Made by a program: the position numbers and the translations under genes. The notes under the pieces were generated by a model that saw nothing but the letters and a program-made list of their open reading frames with translations, was not told the DNA's origin and searched no databases. Shown piece by piece: positions 51,093 to 64,000 of a stretch of 64,000 nt of DNA. The stretch covers positions 99,696,001-99,760,000 of the forward strand of contig OX597823.1 in the NCBI GenBank assembly GCA_951406725.2, in the 5' to 3' direction. Source of the DNA: Octopus vulgaris. Its lineage: Eukaryota. Numbering within the stretch: position 1 is the first letter of the stretch; each line of letters opens with the position of its first letter.

Positions 51093-51304
51093 TAAGCCAT
51101 TTGTTATCCTGTTCCTTTTGAAATACAATTTGTTTCAATTAATTTTTAAAATTAATGAAGAATTTAGTAAAAAAAAAATGTCATTATTAAGTTGGTGTTC
51201 AAACATAAATTAGTCTGAAATTTTGATGGAAAATTTCAATTTAATTCACTTCAAAACAAGAAATCCATGAGAGACAATTTCAAGTAGGTTGGTATTAAAA
51301 GGGT
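51093..51304 (+). mobile_element. TTAA MITE family P1
   Basis: GAAGAATTTAGTAAAA..TCATTATTAAGTTGGTGTT..GGTTGGTATTAAAAGGGT. Confidence 0.7.
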
Positions 51305-52478
51305 CGATAGTTGAGATGTTGGAGAATTATTTTTGTAAAGATCTCATTCTGTTGATACAGTTTGCTATTCTCTTTCATATAACATTTGAAAAAGTTTATC
51401 TTCTGTGTTATTTGAGATTTAAACAAACTGAATATTTTGTGTCTTTTTGGCTAAAAGAAGAGTTTTTTCAAAAATTGGCCAAATATTATCTGTAATTCTT
51501 TGAAAGCAAGTGTCAGTGATAGGAAGTAGAAAAATGTTCTGTTTTTGTTAAGTTGAAAACCATCTTTAGAAAAAAAAATAAAGCAGAAGTGGAAAATTAG
51601 TTGTGAGGTGGTGGTGGTGGTGGTGGGGGAGGGTTGCTTTGCCATGCTTATAGTTGGTTGGTTGATTAGAGAAAGTTTGGCATTAGCTATTTATTTCTCT
51701 TTTTGCATTGAGGCAATCTTATCTTTCTCTCATCCACTCTGTCTTTTGGTCTTAAACCCCTTAACATTAGTATATCTGGTTTAGTGGATCTCTCTCTCTT
51801 TTTCTTTCTCCCTATCTCTCCCCCTCCTCTGGCAGCACTATGATAAAATATAACACTAAAAATAGACTCTGGACTATTTACCAAGAGTGATTTTAGAGTC
51901 TGAGATGCAAGAAAGGCCCTGACTGATAAATTAGAACACTTCCTTCCATTTCCAAATATAGCAGGGAAATAATATTTTTGTTTTGAGTAAAAAGAAAAAG
52001 AAAAGAAAACAGACAAGCAGCTTTATAAAATCTAATGATCGTCTGCTTCCATATTTGTAACTTGTTTTACATTTCATAATAGAAGTTTCTATGTTTTTTT
52101 TATTTAATGTAAGCTTTCAAGTTTCATATTAACTATTTCACTTTTTCTATTAAGGCTGCCTCATACTGTATATCTATTCTATATACATCCGCTGTGATAT
52201 TCAAAAGTGCTACGAGAATGTAGAAATATTTGTATTTATCAACTGTTCTAATTTGTCTTGGTGCATCCGGTAATGTTTATTTATTGACCCAGAGTATAAA
52301 CTAACTATAAAACTCATTCTAAACAATGGCTTTTGCTGTCATAACACTTGATCTATTTATTCATCAGGATTTAAGTGTAATCTTTTAATCTCTCTGTTCT
52401 CTTTACAAGTTATTTTGTTGTTGCTTTCGCCTCTAAGTCTTTCATGTTTGCACACCAAAGTATTTGCAATTATTAATA

Positions 52479-52520
<42 letters not shown>

Positions 52521-52644
52521 CATGTGTGTGTGTGCATGCACACAACTCTAATAATTAACTGGTTTAAACAACAAAGCTGAGTGAGATGTGTTGGGTTGCC
52601 ATAATTTAGGACTGAGATTTTATAAATGTGTATGTGTAGACTAG

Positions 52645-53045
52645 GGCATCCCTGTGTGGTTAAGGTGTTTTGGGTTCAATTCCATTGTGTGACAACTTGG
52701 ACAAGTGTTTTTGACTGTAGCCCAGGCCAAAAAATGCCTTGAGAAAGAATTTGGTAGTTGGAAACTGTAAGAAGCCTGTTGCGTGTGTGTGTGTGCGTGC
52801 ATCTCTGTTGGTCTTGACATCACAACACGAATTGTAAATGAGCATCGTCTTCATACAAGTGATATCATTTGTTTGCAATCTTCCATGAAAACATATCTGG
52901 CCATTGTCCTGTTCATGTTGACAGGATTAATAGAAATATTACATTGCTTAGAAGCAGGCAAGAGTTGATGAAAGGAAAAGCATCCAGTCTCAGAAAATGT
53001 ATCTCAATGAAGTTCATCTGTCTTTGCAAGCATGGACATAAGATG
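52645..53045 (+). mobile_element. SINE family A, decayed
   Basis: CTGTGTGGTTAAGG..GGGTTCAATTCC..TTGGACAAGTG; GCATCCAGTC..GCAAGCATGGA tail. Confidence 0.75.
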
Positions 53046-53051
53046 GCATTA

Positions 53052-53084
<33 letters not shown>

Positions 53085-53262
53085 GGTGGCACGTAAAAAG
53101 CACCCACTACACTCACGGAGTGGTTGGCGTTAGGAAGGGCATCCAGCCGTAGAAACACTGCCAGTTTTGACTGGGCCTGATGAAGCCTTCTGGCTTCACA
53201 GGCCCCAGTAGAACCGTCCAACCCATGCTAGCATGGAAAACGGACACTAAACGATGATGATG
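53085..53262 (+). mobile_element. Family D repeat (3' tail portion) between (ATT)n tracts
   Basis: GGTGGCACGTAAAAAGCACCCACTACACTCACGGAGTGGTTGGCGTTAGGAAGGGCATCCAGCCGTAGAAAC..AAACGATGATGATG. Confidence 0.85.
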
Positions 53263-53263
53263 A

Positions 53264-53300
<37 letters not shown>

Positions 53301-53765
53301 TGATGAAAACTCACAGCTTATTTTGCTGGGTCTAATGGAAAGTGTCAGCTGTCCACAGCCAGCAGACTAAGGTGACACTTGTTTATTGATCATACTTCAA
53401 GAACCCTGCAGAGAACTCTTGCAATTCCAAGCAATGCTGTGATGTTCTGTCTTTACGTTTCAGCCATGTTGGTAGTTGAGTGCTGATGCTTCCAAATGCA
53501 CCAATCCCTCTTGGTATCACTTCCACCCTCTTCATTGCCCCCACAACCTGTGTAGTTTCCGCTTCATCATTATTATTTACTTTTTCTTCCTCTTTGTCTT
53601 CGAGTTCGTTGGCACCAGGACATGCTATGTTGATTATCATGCAGGGTTTTTCTTTTTCTGTTCGTCACAGCAATGTCAGGTTTCCAATATCTAATCTGAA
53701 GAATCATTGCATCCCACAGGATTTTGCAATCTTCATTCTGGCTATTTGGTCATACATTATCCTTA
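53263..53765 (-). mobile_element. 3' end of an R4/Dong-type LINE (restriction-like endonuclease domain) with (TAA)n tail
   Basis: Minus-strand KILWDAMI..PDIAV..MIINIACPG..EDKEEEK..KRVEVIPRGIGAFGSI matches the PD..IIDIA.P..KE.EK..V.VIP.VIGALG RLE pattern. Confidence 0.82.
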
Positions 53766-53772
53766 TTAATTA

Positions 53773-53995
53773 AGGTGGGCAGCTGGTAGAATCGTTAGTG
53801 CACTGGATGAAATGCTTAGTGGTATTTTACCTGTCGCTACATTCTGAGTTCAAATTCAGCTGAGGTCAACTTTGCCTTTTATCCTTTTGGGGGTCGATAA
53901 ATTAAGTACCAGTGAAGCACTGGGGTGAATGTAATTAACACATCCCCTCCCCCAAAATGGCTGCCCTTGTGGCAAAATTTGAAACCATTGTTATT
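53773..53995 (+). mobile_element. SINE family B, full length
   Basis: Same head, B-box and core as 21290-21495. Confidence 0.88.
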
Positions 53996-54794
53996 ATTAT
54001 TTTATCATTTATAAACTTTGCTTTTAATTATAACTTTATTTTTGGAGTTGTTTTTCATGAACAGAAAATCTGAGTTGATAATCCTCTCCTTTCTTGAGAT
54101 GGATTAGAATAAGCTGAACTAGTTTCTGCTTTTTGTTTTCAGTTAATTAGAAAATATATGAAATGCAAATGGTTAGTAGGAAAGCTATGGGTTTGCCTGT
54201 CTTTTCAAAGCTTGTTAATTATACTCCCGAAATTAATTATTCCCATTTTCTTTGCTTGGTTCCAATTTAGCACTTTCTTTATTAGATGTATTTAGTGTAT
54301 AAGATTCTCTTTCTTTGAAAAATAGTGAATCATTTCTTTTCTTTACTTCATATTCCTACCACAGTATTTATGTTAACAATAGCATTATTGTCTGTTGTTC
54401 ATAGGTTGAAGATTGTAATACTCTTGTGTGTTTACCAATTGGAGAAAATACTAAAAATTTAAAAAATACTAGGGTTTATTCATACAAAATAGCATCTTCT
54501 TAACAAAAATACTGTTGTTCCAAGTGTTGGAGTTCTAATAGAAACTCTTGAATGCCAAAGACTGAATATTAACAAAAGATTCTATCAGCTGATTTATGTA
54601 CATTTGAAAACTACTTAGTTAATATATGGCATGCTAGCACAATGCTTAGATTTTCCAATCCTAATTCTTATGTTGTTGTCATATTTTCTAAATTTCTGCT
54701 TCTATGAGGGGAGATGGCAATTATAATCAAGATCAATAGAAATTCGAACATTGTTATTTTGTGTGTGTGTGTGTCAAAGAATTGAAGGATCAAA

Positions 54795-55025
54795 GGTCCT
54801 TCCCAAGCCTGAGGCTCATAAGGCTGGTTTCTCAGCTTCTCTGCTGTATATATTCTTCCATGGACCAAATGCCGGTCCATGGTAGGATTATTTTTTGCTG
54901 GCTGAGTGAAGTGGAGCAACATGAAATAAAGTGTCTTGCCCAAGAGCACAGTGCTTCACCTGCTCTAGGAATTGAAGCCATAATTTCATGACAATGAGTG
55001 CAACACCCTAAACACTAGCCATACA
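54795..55025 (-). mobile_element. SINE family C-related
   Basis: ATGAAATAAAGTGTCTTGCCCAAGAGCACA..GGAATTGAAGCC..CACCCTAAACACTAGCCA is the reverse complement of a tRNA-like head. Confidence 0.7.
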
Positions 55026-55029
55026 CTTT

Positions 55030-55282
55030 CATGTGTGTGTGTGTGGATAGCTTTGTTTTGACATGATGATTGTAAACAAGTATCAGTGTCATACAAATGA
55101 TGTTGTTTGTTTTTAGTCTTTCATGTAAAACCTGCCTGGGCTTGAGAGAATATTTTCTAGCTTGGAACCATGTAAGAGTCAGTGACTGGAAGGGCATCTA
55201 CCTGTAGAAACTTTACCTTTTAAAACTCCCTCTGACTCAGGCAAGCATGCAAAAGTAGATGTTAAATGATTATGATGATGAT
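55030..55282 (+). mobile_element. 3' half of SINE family A
   Basis: GACTGGAAGGGCATCTACCTGTAGAAA..GCAAGCATGC..GATGTTAAATGAT. Confidence 0.65.
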
Positions 55283-56269
55283 AGTCATCATCAAATTTTG
55301 TTTTTTCTTCCCCCTTTCTCACCCCAAATTTTATTAGCTTTTTTATACTTCATGTATTATTGTGACACCCACTTATGTAATGCTCTTTAACTGTGTCCCT
55401 TTCTACTTGTTGGTCATCATGTTCTTTCAAAATGGTCAGAGCACATTTATTTTTCATATAACGCTATTTGTAAAATGTGGTGAAAGGTTTGATAGCTTTG
55501 CTATATTCAGAATGATTGTACTGTGTATGACATAGAGAGGATAAGATATTGTGAAGTACAGAGCCTAAATGTCAGTCGTTTGCACACTGCCACCAGCATT
55601 AAGTTGTACCACTAAATAACACTCATTATTCTACTTGTCTTAGAGTCTAAGGCTTAGACAACATGAAAAATAAGTAGCACTTAATAGTTACCAGGTTAAC
55701 ATTAAAAAAGAAATCAAAGCTGGGAAAAAATGAATGCTTCAACAATCTTAGCAAGCAACACAATTACCCAGCTTTTCTTCATACAGAGAAAGTAATGTGT
55801 TTTAAAGGAATAATATTTCTTTATTTTGTTTTCAAAGACCCACTCTCCAGCATTTCACTGATGGAAACATTTGCAGTGTTTGTAGCTAACAACAACTTGT
55901 ATTTTTGGTAAAACTGTCTTTGCTAAATATTAATTAAAATGTTTGCACCAATTTTTATTATTCTTTAATTATCTTCTTTGGAGTATTATACTTCCTATTC
56001 ATATCACTTGTTCTGTAATATATATTTTGGGTCAGTGCTTATATTCTAAGCACACTTAGTTACTTATTCACTCATTTATATTTCCATTACTGTGTGTTTC
56101 TGGTTATATTTTTCAATTTCTCACCAATAAAGAGCTGGCTTCTAACAAACTTCTTGTATTAGAATTTGGACCACATCAATTTGTAGTCTTGTGGCACTCC
56201 TAGGTTCCATTGCATGTATGTTTGGACTTATGCATGTGTTCATATAGACATGTTTGCATGTCTTCACTT

Positions 56270-56420
56270 GCATCATTATCATTGTCGTTTAACATCTGCT
56301 TTCCATGCTGGCATGGGTTTGACTGAAGACTGGCGAGCCAGAAGGCTGCACCAGGCTCCAATCTGATCTGGCAAAGTTTCTACAGTTGGATGCCCTTCCT
56401 AACGCCAACTACTCTGAGAA
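56270..56420 (-). mobile_element. Family D repeat, 3' tail portion
   Basis: GTTTAACATCTGCTTTCCATGCTGGCATGGG..GGATGCCCTTCCTAACGCCAAC. Confidence 0.8.
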
Positions 56421-56423
56421 TGC

Positions 56424-56461
<38 letters not shown>

Positions 56462-57757
56462 GCATGCTGAACTTTTGAAATGTTTTACATATTTTAACAG
56501 TTCCGTTAATGGTTTCTAACTATAATTTCCTAATTAATTATGTTCTTTTTGCTTTTGTGAAACCTAGTTTCTCAAGATTGGTGCTGAAGCATCCAAGCCC
56601 ACCAACAATTACAAGTATAAATCTAATGCTGTAGTCCAAGCAGAGACTATGTAGATTCCCCATTAGTTTGATATGGATACTTTAATTCTCACTAACCTCT
56701 GACATAATATTAACACGTGAGGGTCAGCTGAGCGGTGGATATTTGGTAAAAATTCTTTCTTTCTAAATTGCTCAAATAGATGTACACGTTTAAAATAGAA
56801 AGAAAGCCTGAACAAACAAAAGAAATTAAGTCAAAGACTTGATCCAAAGTCATTTTATAACAATTTGAGTTTTTGTGTTTTGAGTTTTACACTTTTTCAG
56901 GAAAAGAAAAATTTTGAAAGTGAATTTCAGCAGAACCCCAAAGTCTGTCTGTTTTACTCCTAAATCTAAAAATAACATAATAAGCCTGTTACACCTCCTT
57001 GCTAAGAGTCTGAAGTGATGAAACTTCAATGAAGATAGCCTCTTAACGATAGGTTATTCTTGTAATTACAGCCAAATGAGTATGCAAAAATGAGAGGAAA
57101 ACTCCATAAGTTTTGCCTGTTTTTTCAATGATTTCTCAGTGTGTGTATATGGATTCAACCCCCAAAATCTCATTCTGCCCTTCATGCATCATATACAAAC
57201 CATATATGTTACTTATATATACACAGCACATAGCTTCCTGCAGATTTCCATCACTTTCTTGCCTTTTTTAAAATAAAAAAAAAAAAAGCATGAGGTGTCA
57301 ATAATGTGTGTTTTGGTTCTCCATTTTCAGGATGATCCTAATCACACAAAACACATTCCATCTTGTTGCAAGTTCACATTCAACTATGTTGAAGGGCCAA
57401 ATATCTATCAAGTGCATGTGCATTACAACACAGCTGGAATTGGCTAGTTAAGAGAGTGCTTGCAGTGTAGTGCCAACAAAAGCCAAATGGACTCACTGGC
57501 CATCACAATATTTGTATTCTATTGTGTTGATTTGACTTGAAAGCTACATTAAGGGTACACATATCTGTGGAATACTCAGCCACTTAAATGTCAATGTGTA
57601 AGTAGGTGGTTTATTTCATTGAACAATTGAATGCTCACCATCAAACTCAATGGCGTATCCACTGTGTATGTGTGTGTGTGTGTATTAAATACGTACTTAC
57701 ACAGATTTGTATTTACTCAGATATGGCGAAGAATGGAGAAGCACGTACATACACACA

Positions 57758-57975
57758 TATGAAGGAGTGCTGAAAAGTTCCTGGCTTTCGGGGGTGAAAG
57801 GCCTGGTTGGAGGCCCAACCTTCTGAGTTCTTTTACAGGACTTAGAAAAGGTGAAGGGCCTTTGCGATAAGTATGTGAACCTGAGAGGAGAATATGTTGA
57901 ATAAAATCTTAATTAACTGAGTCTCCTGCATTTTCTCTTAACAAAAAGCCAGGAACTTTTCACTATCCACCCGTA
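57758..57975 (+). mobile_element. Mariner-derived MITE
   Basis: TIRs TGAAAAGTTCCTGGCTT / AAGCCAGGAACTTTTCA, TA flanks; interior encodes a transposase C-terminus-like KYVNLRGEYVE*. Confidence 0.82.
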
Positions 57976-59009
57976 TCCATGTTCTCACACACAATATGGG
58001 TATAATTTTATCTTTGCTATTTTATCCACATTTCTTTTCCTTATGAATTGTATGTTGTTGTTGTTGTAAGAACCCACACTAAACATCTCTTCTGATATTC
58101 ATAGGGTTTCTGCATACATATTATTATTTCCAAGCTTTCACTTCATCTTATAAATAGGTTCACATACTGATCAACGGTTTACATTTCTCGTTAGGTTTTG
58201 TATAAATAATTGTGAGACTATTTTTAAGTCGCAAAAAGAGCTCACTTCCTACAAAAATAGAAAATAAGCCCCTTCCCCCGAAACAACTAAGAGATAAATG
58301 AATAAAGTTGCTAGTATCTATGTGAATGGAGAATATAAATGAAAGCCAAAACTGAAAAAGAAATCTCCCCCGCCCTTTATTTTATCCCATTCTTTGAAAG
58401 TCCAGGTCTTGTGGGAAAATGATTCTATGAAGCTACAACAAGTATTTGTTCTCTGTTGCTTCAATGTTGTACATGGCTTGTTGTCAGGATATTATTACTT
58501 GTCCAAATATTGTTCTAATGAAACTTATTCTTAAAACATACACATACATGCACACATCTGTGAATACACAGTTTTGTTGTTTTTTAGACAGCTTTAGAGT
58601 CAAACGAGCAAGTAAAATATTGCTTATTTATTTGTAGAGAAATAAGAACTGAATTCCATAGTCATGACAATTGACACATGTGGTAGACTTCTGACACATG
58701 TAATCATAAGTTAGTCTTTCATTCCTGAGAGAGATTTTGTTTTTTTCAATCTCGTGCAGGAATCTTGAATTTTGGACATTAAAGTGTCATTTAATAAATA
58801 TCATGCTATAAATTTTGTAATTTGAACTAAACTTAACTGAGTCCCACAAACATTGACCACTGATTGCTATAAAAGCAATAAGGCTGGACATGTTTCTTGA
58901 GTATTCTAAAAAAAGAATTTGTGCCAAATTTTTGGAGATTGATCTTTGGATTAAACAATGGAACACAAAACTCTACTTGTGAAGACCTGTTGAGGCAAGT
59001 GAAAATCAA

Positions 59010-59411
59010 AATCAAAATCGATTAACATCAATGGAAATTGCAGCTGTGATACCAGTGCCGGTGATACGTAAGAAAATCATCTGAACGTGGCCGTTGCCAG
59101 CGCTGCCCCGACTGGCCTCGTGCCGGTGGCATGTAAAAAGCACCGTCCGATCATGGCTGTTGCCAGCCTCGCCTGGCCCTTGTGCCGGTGGCACGTAAAA
59201 AGCACCATTCGATCGTGGCCGTTTGCCAGCCTCGTTTGGCACGTAAAAGCACCCACTACACTCACGGAGTGATTGGTGTTAGGAAGGGCATCCAGCCGTA
59301 GAAACATTGCCAGATCAGACTGGAACTGGTGCAGCCTTCTGGCTTCCCAGACCCCAGTTGAACCGTCCAACCCATGCTAGCATGGAAAGCGAACGTTAAA
59401 CAATAATGATG
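59010..59411 (+). mobile_element. Family D repeat, longest and youngest copy, with three internal tandem units
   Basis: CGTGGCCGTTGCCAGC..GGCACGTAAAAAGCACC x3, then AGGAAGGGCATCCAGCCGTAGAAAC..CCCATGCTAGCATGGAAAGCGAACGTTAAAC. Confidence 0.88.
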
Positions 59412-59779
59412 CTTACAAGTGAATACCTTAGACACGTTTTATTCCTTGCTTTCATTTCCTTTATGTTTGTATCCATATTTTGTTTTTGCATATGGACATT
59501 AAGTTTCGAAAAATAAGTCGTTCATTATTCTTTTTTTTTAAACATTCATATTATCATTATTATTATTATTAAAATCAAAATTATCAATGTCCCCATTGCG
59601 ACTTCATAGCAAAATCCCAATTTGGACTCAAATTACATTCACATGCCTATCACAAATAGATGCAGCTCCTTAGTATTTTTTCTTTTCTATTACTCTTTTA
59701 AGTCCTCTCCTTCAAACACTCATATGTCAGAACCGATGGAAGCAACCATTATCATCATCATCATCATCATCATCATTAC

Positions 59780-60222
59780 TGTGGCAAGCTGGCAGAATGC
59801 TTTGTGGCATTTCATCAGTCTTTGTGTTCTGAGTTGAAATTCTGCCAAGGTTGGTTTTACTTTCCATCCTTTTGGGGTCAAAGGTCAATAAAATAAAGTA
59901 CCAATTGAGCACTGGGGTTGATGTAATTGACTTTCATCATTCCCCCCAAATTGCTGGCCTTGTGCTAAAATTTGAAATCATCTTTATTATTGTTACTATT
60001 ATTCAGGTGAGCTGGGAGAATCGTTTGCTGGTAAAATGCTTAGCGGCATTTCATCTGTTTTCACATCCTGAGTTCAGATGTCGCTGGGGTCAACTTTGCC
60101 TTTCCTCCTTTTGGGTCAATAAATTAAGTACCAGTGAAACACTGGGGTTGATATAATCAACTGGTCCTCTCCCCCAAATTTCGGGCCTTGTGCCTTTAAT
60201 AGAAAAGATTATTATTATTATT
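59780..60222 (+). mobile_element. Two tandem SINE family B copies
   Basis: Two AGCTGG(C/G)AGAAT heads with CTTT(G)CC(T)TTCATCC..GGGTCAAT..AAGTACCA cores; final (ATT)n tail. Confidence 0.82.
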
Positions 60223-60534
60223 AATTTTTCTCATTGTAAGATTTCTATTTCTGACCTTCCCCTTCATTGTTTCAAAGGCTACAGATGCTGCTGTTCCCAG
60301 TTATGATTCAAATGAAATAATAATTTAATAATATAATTATGATCTGAAAAAAGAATACATTTTAGGTGAATATGCTTTTCTCACGAGAAAGATTTCATTT
60401 TAATTTGTTTTTCCAGTGATTTATAATGGTTAAATGCTTTTTGTTTAGTTTTTAATAGTTGTGGAAGGAAAATAGCAGGAACAACATTGCTACTCTTCAT
60501 AAAACTAGCAAACTCGAAACAGTTGATATAGGAT

Positions 60535-60733
60535 TAAACCCTTTCGATACCAACATGCCTGAAATTCCCCCCTTGCTGCTTCTATCGTATAAAATTTCTA
60601 TTTTAAAGTGATATAAATTCAATCATTTCATCAAAAGTTCATGTTAATTTCTTTCAGACACCATCTTTGATGATAAAGATATTTTTGAAATAAAGACATT
60701 GTATGCTATAGAAATGTGATAAGAAGAGAGTTA
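60535..60733 (-). mobile_element. TTAA MITE family P1
   Basis: TTAAACCCTTTCGATACCAAC left end; reverse-complement P1 body. Confidence 0.65.
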
Positions 60734-61929
60734 TGGCCTGTAGGGTGGAGGATGAGATCATGGGGAGAATTTCTGAGGGTGGCACTTTTGAGGATTAATG
60801 ACAAGGTACAATTGGTTAGTATGGAAGATGGTGGAGTATGGATTAAGAACATGAAAAAACGAAGCAAAGTGTAAACTTAAGTAGATATGGCACACAGTTT
60901 GCTAGTTCAGAGAAATTATTGTAACTTTTTAACTGGAATTAAGAATTAGATGAATTTGAAATATTTCTGTTCTGCTTCTGCCCATCATCTCAGGAATCAA
61001 TGTTATTCAGTTTGACTGACCCCTACATTTTTTGCTTCTTCATGATTGAATATTTATTAATAACATGTGTAATTAGTTTAATATAAAAAAATAATCATCT
61101 AATTATATCTACTGTACTCATTTATCACGTGTTTTGAAGACCCTTAATTCATTTAGTAACATTACTACAAGAAGTTTCTGGTCATCTGGTAGTAGTGGTC
61201 ATGGATGAAACTCTTGGTCCTTAAGTCACTTTCTAATTATTAAAAATAAAGTGTGTGTGTGTACTTGGTGTTAGGAAGGGCAACCAGTTGTAAAAACTGC
61301 TTCTCAGTTACCTTCCCACTTCCTCGGAACCATTTCCATCTCTCATTGTGTTATCCTCTCTTCCCTTCATCATTGACCCCAATCACCCTTCCATGCTTCA
61401 TTGCATCTCTCCTTTGCCAGACTCCTCACATTTTCCTCTACCATTCTTAACACACTCTCATATCAGCCATCACACCCAACTTGCTTTAGCCAACTGTTAT
61501 GGGCCTCTGTATTTCCCTCTCGCCACTGTTCATACACCTTGCCCATCATCCTTCTTCTATCCTTCTTCATGAGTCACATCTAGTTCTTCCACCCACTTTG
61601 CATATTGGTATTTCCCATCAATCACATCTCCACCCATCTTCATCACTTTTGTAGTCATTCCTTTACCAATCTCCAACCACTTGTCTTCCCCCCCACTCTC
61701 TTATGAAACTACTTCTCTCCTTTCTGATCCACTGCCTGAATCTTCTCTTACACTCACCTTGCATCTTGAGATGCTCTGGTTTTTCATCACCATCATCAAA
61801 TTTCTTTCCACCCCCCCCCCCTATATAATGTGATGTAGTCATGTGTCTCCTCCTTGTGCTTGTCTATCAAACTTTAGCCTCTCAACACCTGCCAGAAAAC
61901 CTTTCCTCGCTTTTTCTTTTCCTTGTTAT

Positions 61930-62629
61930 TTTACAAGTTGCTTGGTGACTTTACCAGCACCCATGGCACAGAAAATGCAATCAGTACAATGAGTACTGTT
62001 GTTGGCCCCAGGAAGAGCATCCAGCTGTAGGAATTATGCCAAAGCTGACATTGGTGCTTGATGCAGCTTTGCAGCTCACCGAGTTCGGTCAAACTGTCCA
62101 GTCCATTCCAGCATGGAAAATGGATATTAAATGATGATTAGCTGTAGAAACCATGCCAAAATGGACAGTAGAGCCTGGCATGGCTGCTGGCCTTACCAGC
62201 TTCTGTCAAACCATCCAACCCATGGGAAACAGACATTAAATGATGATGGTTATACACACACACACACACACATCATATACACACACACATACACACATCA
62301 TATACACACACACATACATGATTGAGAAAGAAAGAGAGAGGTGAGGAGAGAGAGATAGAAAGTAGTTGGTGCAGATACAATGCAAAGCTGGAGACTTTCT
62401 AGTCTTACTGTGAGAAAGACAACCTCTGTAGTGCCGGTACCAGAAAAAAACAAAAAAGAAAAAATACACCCAGTCCACTAAGTAAGTGATTGACATCAGG
62501 AAAGGCATCCAGCTGTAAAATCCCTGCAAAATTGAGACATTAGGGAAATCAATTTTATTGTCTAAACCAGGGAATCTTGTCGAACCACCCAATCCATACC
62601 ACCATGGGAAATGGACTTAAAATGGTAAT

Positions 62630-62630
<1 letters not shown>
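61930..62630 (+). mobile_element. Cluster of decayed family D-like tails
   Basis: AGGAAGAGCATCCAGCTGTAG, CTGTAGAAACCATGCCAAA and AGGAAAGGCATCCAGCTGTAAAA, each ending ..TTAAA(TGA)n-like. Confidence 0.6.
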
Positions 62631-62669
<39 letters not shown>

Positions 62670-63470
62670 TGTGTTTTGATATCATATCTTCATATTATGG
62701 TGAAGCTGAGAGGAATGCGTTGCGATTTTTATTCAAATAATAAAATAACAGAAACTAGTCTTTGTAGCCATTTGCTGCGAATATGCTCTATGTCTCCTGT
62801 AGAGTGAGAATGTTTGCATATATCAGTTTTTAGCTCCACTTTAGTAATTGTTTAGTTATTGTCTTAAAGACTAAAAGTATTTTAACCTTTGGAATGTATT
62901 TATTAGAATGAAAAGAGTTTGACTCCAGTCTTTGGTTTCAACTAGAAGACAACACTAATGGACTGTTTTTAATTTTTCTTTTTCCTAATTAGTTAACTTT
63001 TCCTCACTATGTCTCACAGCAGAGAAAAATTGGGTGAAGTTGTTAGGTTTCTTTGATTGCAGATTCTGTGATATTTAGAGAATTTGTCCATAATTGTATT
63101 AGTGTCACATATATTGTATGTCACAGCACTTAACTGAATATGATCCACCAGAAAAGAATATAGCCTTGTTTTTCTAATAATTCCAAACAAGCTTTAATAT
63201 TGGTTGTTTAAGTGAGTTACCATTCTCAGAATGGGAGAGGTTCAGCTTGAAAGAAATAACATAGTCAGTCTGAGAGCATTAAATTACAAGACCTTTTAGT
63301 ATAGAATTCTTTGTCCGATTTTCTAGTTTTTCTTGCGCGTTATTTAGTATTCTGGCCACCCAGACAGCACTTTGTCAGACAATTGTTCTAGAATGTCAAA
63401 ATGCTGCACTATCAAGTTCATTATATTTTTGCAGTTTTTCTAAATATATTTTCTTGGGAAATTTAATTAT

Positions 63471-63700
63471 TTAACCATTATACAACCATGTTTCTGTTGA
63501 AATACACTATCCTTGTTTTAATTAATTTTGAAATTAATGAAGAATTTAGTAAAATAACTACCGTTATTAAGCTGGTGTTTGGAACAGAAATTAATTTGAA
63601 ATTTTGACAGAACGTTTTAACTTAGAATTTCTTCAAAACAAGAAGTCTATAGCCTAGAACCAGATGTGATTTCAGGTAGGTTGGTATCAAATAGGTTGAA
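63471..63700 (+). mobile_element. TTAA MITE family P1
   Basis: TTAACCATT..TTTCTGTTGAAATACAC..GAAGAATTTAGTAAAATAAC..GGTTGGTATCAAATAGGTTGAA. Confidence 0.78.
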
Positions 63701-64000
63701 GTTATTTTCATTCTCTCATCTCCTAATAAAAGACTATTGGTATGTAATTGCCAAGAATGTTCTTGTTCCATTTTGATATAGTCCCATATATGTTATTCTT
63801 GTTGAAGCAGGCATAAAAGAGATGTCTATGACACTATAGCAGTGCATTTAGTATTTTATCATATTCAGAGTTTCAGTACTTGAAGTCCTAGGTTCAAATC
63901 TAACTAAGGCTGACTTTACTTTTGGGCCTTGCATATTACCCTAATTTTAGGATTAAATATTGGATGAGACATTTGGTTGCTAATCTCATAAAAATATGGG

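Noticed and set aside
53175-53215. Second hammerhead at CTGATGAAGCC
   Set aside because: No GAAA core or stem I; it is a mutated CTGGTGCAGCC of family D. Other CTGATGA/TCATCAG hits I checked also lack the fold.
56901-57460. Acceptor-like tttttcag sites at 56900 and 57330
   Set aside because: The phase-1 frame hits stops immediately and no strong donors follow

Overview
AT-rich, repeat-dense eukaryotic DNA. The SINE repertoire looks like an octopus or other coleoid cephalopod (inferred from recognising the repeats, not from a search). There are no prokaryotic genes and no CRISPR array. Almost all listed ORFs are spurious or are decayed transposon fragments. The window reads as mostly intron of a large + strand gene. 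Two phase-compatible candidate coding exons (2211-2308 and 32145-32207) flank a CpG-retaining, promoter-like island at about 22.2-25.8 kb. Mobile DNA includes three tRNA-derived SINE families plus a fourth tail-sharing family, TTAA-flanked piggyBac-like MITEs, a young non-autonomous Helitron (2 full copies and 1 templated partial duplicate), mariner and maT/DD37D relics, a CR1-type LINE 3' fragment and two R4/Dong-type LINE 3' ends at (TAA)n tracts. Two items stand out. (1) A 315-bp insertion with a 12-bp target-site duplication (41713-42027) carries a minimal type I hammerhead ribozyme, a possible tRNA-head remnant and a 71-bp inverted terminal copy; it looks like a Penelope-mobilised ribozyme SINE. 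(2) A 26 x 31-bp minisatellite (38936-39740) has a unit that is exactly one RNA stem-loop plus one linker base. Boundaries of old repeats were set by eye and are approximate.
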